Origin: Candidatus Woesearchaeota archaeon
GTDB lineage: Archaea > Nanobdellota > Nanobdellia > Woesearchaeales > ARS49
Assembly: GCA_019322895.1 (NCBI GenBank)
Contig: JAHWHZ010000001.1
Location: forward strand, 459,528-523,527
DNA: 64,000 bases
Direction: 5' to 3'
Shown piece by piece: positions 55,339 through 62,655 of the stretch (within the stretch, counting starts at the first letter, position 1; each line of letters starts with the position of its first letter). The notes beneath the pieces are model-generated. The model was not told the origin of the DNA. It was given only the letters and a program-made list of their open reading frames with translations, and ran no database searches. Both the position numbers and the translations under genes were made by a program.

Positions 55339-56168
55339 GAAGATTATTGAAGAACAAGAAAGGGTTTAACTGGGCCTTCTTGATGCTGGGCGTAGTGTTG
55401 ATCTGCCTTGTTTACTTGTTTTTCCAGCTTAATTCAAAACTAGCAAGCTTATCAATTATAGGTCCAAATCAGATGCAGGTAATCAATGCAAAAAAGCAGT
55501 CAAGTGATGTATTCTTCTATCTCGATCAAGCAAGCAGGCTTTCTGCCTGCAATGCAATATATGATTTAGGTGAAAAAGGAGGGTTTGCAAGCAATATTGC
55601 GTGCAACAAGCCGCCTTTCATAGGCGTGATAGATACGCCGCACACATACTGGAATGCAGGAGATGAGAAATGCTATGAAAACATAAATTTCTATGCAGAA
55701 TTTGAAAAGTTGTTCAAGCAGCATTTCATTAATTATCTCAGGATTTACAATGCTTTTCCTGCTGCAGACATAGATATTGATCCTTTTAATTATGAATTCA
55801 TGATTACAGATGACTTGATTGTTGGTTCTGCAATAAAGAATGCAGAAATGTCATTTGTTTCTTTGGATGCAGGATCATTAAGCAAGTATGTTTTCAAGCC
55901 TTCTTTTGCAATTGATTTTAAGACAGGAATAAATGATTATTTCAAGACAGGCGAGGCAGTTGACAAGTTGCTTGACTGTGACAAGCCAATGGCACAATGC
56001 ATCAATGATTTGAATACTCCTGGCCTGTCCTGGCATTTTACGCAGTCCAGCATGCCTGGCATTTATTTGTTTGAAGTGACGCAGAACAGTATAAACTGCA
56101 GGTTTGCCGGGGCAAAGCCTAAAATCAAGTTTGCTTTGCAGAAGATGCCGCCTGTTCCAGGGCCTTGA
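55335..56168 (+). CDS. pilin-like protein
   Basis: MRRLLKNKKG|FNWAFLMLGVVLICLVYLFF. ATGA overlap. Confidence 0.5.
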   Translation: MRRLLKNKKGFNWAFLMLGVVLICLVYLFFQLNSKLASLSIIGPNQMQVINAKKQSSDVFFYLDQASRLSACNAIYDLGEKGGFASNIACNKPPFIGVIDTPHTYWNAGDEKCYENINFYAEFEKLFKQHFINYLRIYNAFPAADIDIDPFNYEFMITDDLIVGSAIKNAEMSFVSLDAGSLSKYVFKPSFAIDFKTGINDYFKTGEAVDKLLDCDKPMAQCINDLNTPGLSWHFTQSSMPGIYLFEVTQNSINCRFAGAKPKIKFALQKMPPVPGP

Positions 56169-56236
56169 AACAGTATTCTCTAAAATACAAAAGTATATAA
56201 ATAATTAGTTAACCATTTAATTAAGGGTGGATTTAG

Positions 56237-57226
56237 ATGATTAGAATTCCTTATGCAGAGATGATTGCTAAATTAAAAGAAAAAACAGGCATGTCTCAAG
56301 AGGAAGTAGAAGCTAAGATTAATGACAAGCTTAAGCAGCTTTCTGGCCTTATAAGCAAAGAAGGAGCAGCTCACATAATTGCAAATGAGCTTGGAGTAAA
56401 GCTGGTTGAGCCAGGAGGAAAGATAAAGGATATCTATGCTGGAATGCGCAATGTTGAGGTCAACGGCAAGATCCAGCAGGTTTATGAGATTAGGGAATTT
56501 ACAAGGCAGGATGGAAGCGCGGGAAAAGTAGGTAATTTCTTGATGGGTGATGAGACCGGAGTCATGCGCGTTGTCTGCTGGGGAGACAAGGCAGACGTTC
56601 TCTCTAAACTGAATGAAGGTGATATTGTTAGGGTCACCTGCGGCCTTTGCAGGGAAAACCAGGGCAGGTGCGAGATTCATCTTGGCGACAACAGCCAGGT
56701 TATCATTAATCCTAACGGCGTGTCTATAGGAGAGGTTCAAAACAAGAGAGCAGCTTCTATCAGGAAGCCCATTAAAGATCTTGCAGAAAATGACGAGAAC
56801 ATAGAGGTTCTTGGCACGATTGTTCAGGTTTTTGATCCAAAATTCTATGAAGTGTGTCCTGACTGCAATGCAAGAATAAAAGAAAACAATGGAGAATTTG
56901 CCTGCTTAAAGCACGGCAAGGTGAATCCAGATTATGCTTATGTCGTGAATGTATTCTTAGATGACGGGACAGAAAACATAAGATGCGTTCTTTTCAGAAA
57001 ACAGGCAGAGATGCTGTTAGGCAAGAAACCTGAAGATATGCTTACCTTCAGGACATCGCCTGAATCTTTTGAGTCCTTGAAGACAGAGATGCTTGGCAAT
57101 ATTGTCAAGTTTGTCGGCAGAGTGAGGAAAAATGATTTTTTTGACAGGCTGGAATTCATGGTTCAGCTGGTTTTTCCAGAACCAGATCCTGAAGAAGAGA
57201 TTCAAAGATTGAAAGTAGAACAATGA
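56237..57226 (+). CDS. rpa: replication protein A-like ssDNA-binding protein (OB folds plus Zn ribbon)
   Basis: RPA-type N-terminus (LSGLISKEGAAHIIANELGVKL), OB-fold segments and C4 Zn ribbon CPDCNARIKENNGEFACLKHG. Confidence 0.65.
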   Translation: MIRIPYAEMIAKLKEKTGMSQEEVEAKINDKLKQLSGLISKEGAAHIIANELGVKLVEPGGKIKDIYAGMRNVEVNGKIQQVYEIREFTRQDGSAGKVGNFLMGDETGVMRVVCWGDKADVLSKLNEGDIVRVTCGLCRENQGRCEIHLGDNSQVIINPNGVSIGEVQNKRAASIRKPIKDLAENDENIEVLGTIVQVFDPKFYEVCPDCNARIKENNGEFACLKHGKVNPDYAYVVNVFLDDGTENIRCVLFRKQAEMLLGKKPEDMLTFRTSPESFESLKTEMLGNIVKFVGRVRKNDFFDRLEFMVQLVFPEPDPEEEIQRLKVEQ

Positions 57227-57678
57227 TGGCCCACACTCACCTGGCTTTTGGACTGCTTTTCGGATTGTTGTCCTTGTCTTTTATTCATCCTGCAAACAAG
57301 TATGTGTTTCTTGGCATCGCGATTTTTTCTTCATTGCTTCCTGACCTTGACCATCCGCAGTCCAAGCTTGGAAGAAAACTGTTTGTCTCAAAAATATTCA
57401 ATGTATTCTTCGGCCACAGGGGTTTTTTTCATGCAGTGTGGATTCCTATTGCAGCATGGCTTATCTTGAGCTTGGGCTTTGGAATTTCATACGGCTCAGC
57501 AGTATTTGTGGGGTATTTTGCTCACCTGTTCTCAGACGGCCTCACAAAGGCAGGAGTAAATCTCATACATCCTTTAAAGCAGCTCAGGATGCAGGGATTC
57601 ATTGAAACAGGCGGCATTGCAGAGCATCTGACCTTTTTTGCAGTGGTGGTAGTGTCTATAATATTGATAGTCAGCTAG
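57223..57678 (+). CDS. membrane-bound metal-dependent hydrolase (DUF457/YdjM-like)
   Basis: 151 aa with 4 TM segments and conserved His/Asp (LPDLDHPQS, GHRGFFHA, HLFSDG). Confidence 0.55.
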   Translation: MMAHTHLAFGLLFGLLSLSFIHPANKYVFLGIAIFSSLLPDLDHPQSKLGRKLFVSKIFNVFFGHRGFFHAVWIPIAAWLILSLGFGISYGSAVFVGYFAHLFSDGLTKAGVNLIHPLKQLRMQGFIETGGIAEHLTFFAVVVVSIILIVS

Positions 57679-57818
57679 TCCACTGGTCACTGGACATCTT
57701 CTCGTAGCGTATTTAAACAATTTTAGCCACCCTTATTCTATCGCAAACCTCATCTCCTGGTTTAATCTTTCTTTTTCCAGGGGATTGAAACAAGATGCGA
57801 AAGCAAGAGGTGAAAAAA

Positions 57819-58085
57819 ATGAACAAACCTGAAAAAAAATACAAGGCAGGGGCAATAAGCGCAACTGTCTGGAAAAATGAAGGGCAAAAAAATGGAAAAA
57901 CTTTTGCTTTTCATACAATCTCGATTGGAAGAAACTATAAAGACAAGGATGGTGAGTGGAAGAACTCTTCTTCTTTGAGGCCTGCTGATTTGCCAAAAGC
58001 TGCACTGGTGCTTAACAAGGCTTATGAGTATCTGATAATGAGCTCAGCTGAAGAAGGAGTGGTGGAAGAGGAGCTTGCTGCATGA
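57819..58085 (+). CDS. PC4/Sub1-like small ssDNA-binding protein, paralog 1
   Basis: KKYKAGAISATVWKNEG...KDKDGEWKNSSSLRPADLPKAALVLNKAYEYL fits the PC4 C-terminal domain pattern. The start is set at ATG 57819, with AGAGGTGA 5 nt upstream. Confidence 0.45.
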   Translation: MNKPEKKYKAGAISATVWKNEGQKNGKTFAFHTISIGRNYKDKDGEWKNSSSLRPADLPKAALVLNKAYEYLIMSSAEEGVVEEELAA

Positions 58086-58243
58086 TTTCCGAAAAAAGAA
58101 CCGGATTTTTCGGTTATCCCTGTTTTTTAGGCAGGTATTTCGAAATAATTCCAGATTCTGTATTGCTTTTTCCGGAAAAATCTCAGCAAGGCATAATTAA
58201 AATGCCAGCCACCTGTTTTACAAAAATAAAAAAGGTGGTTTGC

Positions 58244-58474
58244 ATGGAAAAAAATACACCAGAAAAAAAGTTCAGGGCAGGAGCAATAAGCGCTACTGTC
58301 TGGAAAAACCAAAGCAAGGAAGGAAACGAGTTCAGCAGCGTATCTTTTGAAAAAGGATACAAGGATGCTGCAGGCGAGTGGAAATCAACCAACCACTTGA
58401 ACGTGAATGACCTGCCAAAGGCTTTGGTTGTGATCGGCAAGGCATTTGAGCACTTGTCACTTAAAGAGGCTTAA
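58244..58474 (+). CDS. PC4/Sub1-like small ssDNA-binding protein, paralog 2
   Basis: MEKNTPEKKFRAGAISATVWKNQSKEGNEFSSVSFEKGYKDAAGEWKSTNHLNVNDLPKALVVIGKAFEHL. The start is set at the internal ATG 58244 after GGTGG. Confidence 0.45.
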   Translation: MEKNTPEKKFRAGAISATVWKNQSKEGNEFSSVSFEKGYKDAAGEWKSTNHLNVNDLPKALVVIGKAFEHLSLKEA

Positions 58475-58497
58475 AGCCTCTTATTTTAATTTTTTAA
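58464..58497 (+). terminator. terminator-like palindrome plus T-tract after the second PC4-like gene
   Basis: AAGAGGCTTaAAGCCTCTT (9-nt perfect inverted arms spanning the stop codon) followed by ATTTTAATTTTTT. Confidence 0.4.
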
Positions 58498-58509
58498 GGT
58501 GGTGGTAAT

Positions 58510-59526
58510 ATGACAAAAAAACAAAAAGGTGATAATATGGAGCAAGAACTTGAACAGCCAGAAGTAGTTGAAAAGAAAGTACAATCCTTGGACCAGCTTC
58601 CAGGAGTAGGTCCTGCAACAATTGAAAAGCTTAACAATGCAGGATATTCTGACTTGATGAGCATTGCGGTAGCGACACCAGGCGAGCTTGTGGGCGCTGC
58701 TGAGATGTCAGAAGCAACTGCAAAGAAAGTTATTGCAATCGCAAGGGCAAATCTTGAGATGAATTTTGAGAGCGGAGATGATTTGCTGCAGAAAAGAGAG
58801 CAGATAACCAAGCTGAGCACTGGAAGCGAAGAGCTGGATAAATTATTTGGCGGTGGTGTTGAGTCAGCTGCAATCACAGAGGCTTTTGGACAGTATGGTT
58901 CTGGAAAAAGCCAGATAGCCCACGTTCTTGCTACAAGATGCGTGCTTCCTGTTGATAAGGGAGGTGCTGGCGGTGTTGCAGTATTCATTGATACAGAAGG
59001 AACTTTCAGGCCAGAGCGTATTGTTCAGATGGTCAAAGGTGTTGATAAGGATGCAGATCCCCAGGAATTCTTGAGAAACATAAAGGTGGCAAGGGCCCTT
59101 AATTCAGACCATCAGATGCTTCTTGCAGACAAGATTGCAGATTTGATCAAGAATAAAGGAGTGGATGTAAAATTAGTCATTGTTGATTCCTTGACATCGC
59201 ATTTCAGGGCAGAGTATATTGGCAGAGGAACCTTGGCAGAAAGGCAGCAGAAGCTTAACAAGCACATGCATACCTTGATTAGGCTTGCAGACAGGCATAA
59301 TGTTGCTGTTTATGTGACAAATCAGGTGATGTCAAAGCCAGACATGTTTTTCGGAGACCCTACACAGGCAATTGGAGGCCATGTAGTTGGCCACAACTCA
59401 ACTTACAGGGTTTATCTCAGGAGAGGGAAAAAAGGCACGCGGGTTGCCAAGATGATTGACGCCCCAAATCTTGCAGAAGATGAGGCAGTATTCATGATAG
59501 ACGAAGCAGGCATAAGAAATGCCTGA
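58510..59526 (+). CDS. radA: DNA repair and recombination protein RadA
   Basis: N-terminal HhH (LPGVGPATIEKLNNAGY), Walker A GQYGSGKSQ and an RecA/Rad51 core. An oligo-T tract follows directly after the stop. Confidence 0.85.
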   Translation: MTKKQKGDNMEQELEQPEVVEKKVQSLDQLPGVGPATIEKLNNAGYSDLMSIAVATPGELVGAAEMSEATAKKVIAIARANLEMNFESGDDLLQKREQITKLSTGSEELDKLFGGGVESAAITEAFGQYGSGKSQIAHVLATRCVLPVDKGGAGGVAVFIDTEGTFRPERIVQMVKGVDKDADPQEFLRNIKVARALNSDHQMLLADKIADLIKNKGVDVKLVIVDSLTSHFRAEYIGRGTLAERQQKLNKHMHTLIRLADRHNVAVYVTNQVMSKPDMFFGDPTQAIGGHVVGHNSTYRVYLRRGKKGTRVAKMIDAPNLAEDEAVFMIDEAGIRNA

Positions 59527-59623
59527 TTTTTTTGTTCTACAGATACCTTTATATATCTCATTCATATCTTGAGAGCTATTGTGCAGTGCACAAGATTAAA
59601 TAAATTAATAGGTGAAAAGAAAT

Positions 59624-60103
59624 ATGGAAAGAAGAAGTTATTCAGGATCCCGTAGAGGATTTGGATCCAGACCGCCTGTAAATCAGGGCGATGTATTAGA
59701 AGTAACCATAGAAGCTGTCGGCGAAAAAGGCGACGGAATTGCCAGGAAAGACGGATTTGTCTTGTTCATTCCTGGTGTCAAGGAAGGAGACCGCGTGAAA
59801 GTCAAGGTGACGCGCGTTCTAAGAAAGGTGGGATTTGCAGAAGTTGTTGGAGAAGGTGAAGCACCTGCTGAGGAAGCTCCTGCTCCAGAAGCAGAGATGC
59901 CTGCTGAAGAGCCTGAAGCAGAGCCAGAAACTCCTGTAGAAGACACAGAAGATTTTGGCGAAGAAGTCGCAGAAGAGGTGTCTGTGGAAGAAGCTCCTGC
60001 AGAAGAGGTTCCTGCTGAGGAAGCTCCAGAAGAACCTGAAGCTCCAGAAGAGCCTGCAGAAGAGGCTCCTGAAGAACCTGCTGAAGAAAAGCCTGCTGAA
60101 TAA
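59624..60103 (+). CDS. TRAM-domain protein with acidic Pro/Glu/Ala-rich tail
   Basis: TRAM core GDVLEVTIEAVGEKGDGIARKDGFVLFIPGVKEGDRVKVKVTRV. The tail is (PEE/AEE)n. ATG 59624 follows AGGTGA (the tracker's GTG 59612 lies inside the SD). Confidence 0.6.
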   Translation: MERRSYSGSRRGFGSRPPVNQGDVLEVTIEAVGEKGDGIARKDGFVLFIPGVKEGDRVKVKVTRVLRKVGFAEVVGEGEAPAEEAPAPEAEMPAEEPEAEPETPVEDTEDFGEEVAEEVSVEEAPAEEVPAEEAPEEPEAPEEPAEEAPEEPAEEKPAE

Positions 60104-60131
60104 GCAGTTAATTTTTTTTATCTTTTTTAAA

Positions 60132-60674
60132 ATGAGATTATTTATTGCATTTGATGTTTCTGAAGAAGTGAAAGATTATTTATCTGGCCTGCAAAAGCAG
60201 ATTCCTGAGGATTCTAAGGTCAATCTTGTCAAAGAATTTCATCAGACTATGAAATTTCTTGGCGATGTTGATGAAAACAAGGTTGACAAGATAAAGGCAT
60301 TGCTTTCTAATGTGGATTTCACTAAATTCACAGCAAAGACAGCTGAGCTGGGTGTTTTTCCTGATGAAAAGATGGTTCGTGTTGTTTGGATTGGCCTTGA
60401 GCCAAAGGATATAATAATTGGCTTGCAGCAAGAGATTGAATCTGCTCTTATGGACTTGTTTCCTAAAGACAAGCGCTTTCACCCGCATCTCACTCTAGCA
60501 AGAGTCAAGTTTGTCAAGGACAAGAAAAATTTCATGGAAAAGCTCAAGAAGATTTCTGTAAAAGAGATAGAGTTTCCAGTAAATTCTTTCAAGCTTATCA
60601 AGAGTACCCTCACAAGAGAAGGAGCTGTTTACGAGGATGTTGCTGAGTTTGCTTTGAAACCAAGAGAGAAATAA
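60132..60674 (+). CDS. RNA 2',3'-cyclic phosphodiesterase / 2'-5' RNA ligase family (ThpR/LigT, 2H)
   Basis: Two HxT motifs (FHQTMKF, HPHLTLAR). The start is set at ATG 60132 (MRLFIAFDV). The tracker's 59955 start adds a Lys/Leu-rich artefact overlapping the TRAM gene. Confidence 0.65.
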   Translation: MRLFIAFDVSEEVKDYLSGLQKQIPEDSKVNLVKEFHQTMKFLGDVDENKVDKIKALLSNVDFTKFTAKTAELGVFPDEKMVRVVWIGLEPKDIIIGLQQEIESALMDLFPKDKRFHPHLTLARVKFVKDKKNFMEKLKKISVKEIEFPVNSFKLIKSTLTREGAVYEDVAEFALKPREK

Positions 60675-61172
60675 TCACTGCCCTGCTGATAGGATTGCTT
60701 TTACTTCTCTTATTGAAAGGCCTTCGTCCTTGTAATGGTCAAATCCTTTTTCCTGGCTGTATTCTAAGAAAGCTAATAATTGAGGGCCAAATCCTCTGAC
60801 GATTGCCTGCAGATCTGTGTTTCTCTCATCTAAAGTCCTGTATCTTTTTGAGATTCTTCGCGCCAATCTGTCTCTTAATCTAAAAGAATATTCCTGCCCA
60901 ATATCTGTTAATATGTGGGAGAGTTCATGAGCAAAACCACCTTCTATAACATCAGTCGGCGCGTCTTTCATGGAATTATCAACTTCAATGCAATACCCTT
61001 CTGAAGTTAATCCGCAATATTCCAACAAAGCATCATCTAAGTCTTTGTATTCCACTTGAATATCTTCATCCATTAATTCAAGGAAACCTTTCTGTATTAT
61101 TCTATCCCGTATTTCATCTAAGTTTTGCATGTTAAATTTTAATTTTGATTTATATTTAAAGATTAACCGCAA
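60675..61172 (-). CDS. putative HExxH zinc metallopeptidase-like protein
   Basis: FAHELSHIL motif in an approximately 150-aa soluble protein. True start possibly at internal Met (61130). Confidence 0.35.
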   Translation of the reverse strand: MRLIFKYKSKLKFNMQNLDEIRDRIIQKGFLELMDEDIQVEYKDLDDALLEYCGLTSEGYCIEVDNSMKDAPTDVIEGGFAHELSHILTDIGQEYSFRLRDRLARRISKRYRTLDERNTDLQAIVRGFGPQLLAFLEYSQEKGFDHYKDEGLSIREVKAILSAGQ

Positions 61173-61282
61173 TCTTTATAAACAAACTCTGAATCCTTTA
61201 CTCTATTACCAAAGGCATTCAGTGGCTATATTGAATGCAAAAGACTGTTGAGGTTATAAAAATACGGTCGGAGGAAAATAAC

Positions 61283-61882
61283 ATGGCAGAACAATCATTT
61301 TTAGTACCGCAGGAAAAATACTTGAAGTCAGGAATACATATAGGTACAAAATTCAAGACTAAATATATGGCTCCTTTTATTTACAAGACAAGGCCAGACG
61401 GCCTCTCAGTTCTGAATCTTCAAAAGATTGATGAAAGAATAAAGGTTGCTGCTAACTTATTGTCTGCTTACGAGCCTGAGGACATATTGATTTCCTGCAG
61501 GCGTGAAAACGGCTGGAAAGCTGTCAAGGCATTTGGAAAGGCAACAGGAGTGAATGTTTTTGCAGGCAGGTATCCTCCAGGAATCTTGACTAATCCTGCT
61601 TTGGATAATTATATGGAAGTCAAGATTATTCTTGTGACAGATGCATGGCCTGACAGGAATGTAATCAAGGATGCAAAGGCAACAGGAATTCCTGTAATTG
61701 CATTATGCGATACAAACAACCAGGCAAATGACATAGACTTGGTTGTTCCATGCAATAACAAGGGAAAGAAATCCTTGGGATTGTTCTTTTACATCCTTGC
61801 AAGAGAATTCTTAAGGAACAAGAGCCTATTAGGAAGTTCAGAAGAGCCTAAGTTTACAGTAGATGATTTTACTGAAGAATAA
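61283..61882 (+). CDS. rps2: 30S ribosomal protein S2 (uS2)
   Basis: Core LKSGIHIGTKFKTKYMAPFIYKTRPDGLSVLNL...GIPVIALCDTNN. ATG 61283 follows GGAGG. Confidence 0.8.
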   Translation: MAEQSFLVPQEKYLKSGIHIGTKFKTKYMAPFIYKTRPDGLSVLNLQKIDERIKVAANLLSAYEPEDILISCRRENGWKAVKAFGKATGVNVFAGRYPPGILTNPALDNYMEVKIILVTDAWPDRNVIKDAKATGIPVIALCDTNNQANDIDLVVPCNNKGKKSLGLFFYILAREFLRNKSLLGSSEEPKFTVDDFTEE

Positions 61883-61884
61883 GC

Positions 61885-62556
61885 TTAGATTTTTTCAATT
61901 CCTTTTTTTACTATTCTGAATATTGCTTCTTTTTCTCCTGCTACTGAGCGGTGCTTTCTTAAGATTGCCTTTCGCAGCCCTTTTGATCCTGCTTGAAGCT
62001 CTATCAGGCACTTGCTGCCGTATTTCATTATGTCTCCGCCCACCATGTTCACCTTGTTTTTTTCTTCAAATGGAGTATATACGTGGTTTGATATCAGCAC
62101 AGGAATGTTTTTCTTGCGTGCAATCTCTGTCAAGCAGCACATCTGAACGCCAAGCTCCCTGTTTATCTCTTTGGCATCTTCATTTGACCTCTCAAGCCGG
62201 TAAAGCATGGATATTGTGTCAACAATTATCAGCCCTATCTTAGAATTGACAGCATCTTTTAGTTTTTCAAACACTTTTTTTTGCTCTTCAAATGTTGTTG
62301 GCTTGAAAAAGATGATGTTGTTGAGTATCTTCTCGTGTTTTGAAACCACTTGTTTAAGTCTTGCAATTGAGAATCCGCCTTCTGTATCTATGTATATCAC
62401 TTTTTTGCCGCTTTTTGCAGTCTCTACTGCAGCAAGCAATAACAGGTTGGTTTTTCCGCTTCCTGCAGGGCCGTAGATAGTGGTGATTGCGTCTTTTTCA
62501 TAGCCACCCTCAAGAAGCTCATCTAATATTCTTGTTCCGCAGGATATCTTTTCCAT
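61885..62556 (-). CDS. radB: RadB (archaeal RadA paralog)
   Basis: 223 aa with Walker A GPAGSGKTNL and a KaiC/RecA-like core without N-terminal HhH. Size typical for RadB. Confidence 0.7.
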   Translation of the reverse strand: MEKISCGTRILDELLEGGYEKDAITTIYGPAGSGKTNLLLLAAVETAKSGKKVIYIDTEGGFSIARLKQVVSKHEKILNNIIFFKPTTFEEQKKVFEKLKDAVNSKIGLIIVDTISMLYRLERSNEDAKEINRELGVQMCCLTEIARKKNIPVLISNHVYTPFEEKNKVNMVGGDIMKYGSKCLIELQAGSKGLRKAILRKHRSVAGEKEAIFRIVKKGIEKI

Positions 62557-62655
62557 GCATTTTGTGATGTTTTCTTTGTTTAAATACTTTGTGCCTTTAA
62601 AACCGGAACATTTGCGACCAAAACCTATTTAAACCGCGCTTTTTTAAGAAAATGT

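Noticed and set aside
29400-56200. Interpretation of the accessory region as a prophage or integrative element
   Set aside because: No integrase, terminase, capsid, replication initiator or flanking tRNA/attachment repeats. Its content is surface and pilin-like proteins plus regulators, so a chromosomal surface-structure locus is the simpler reading.
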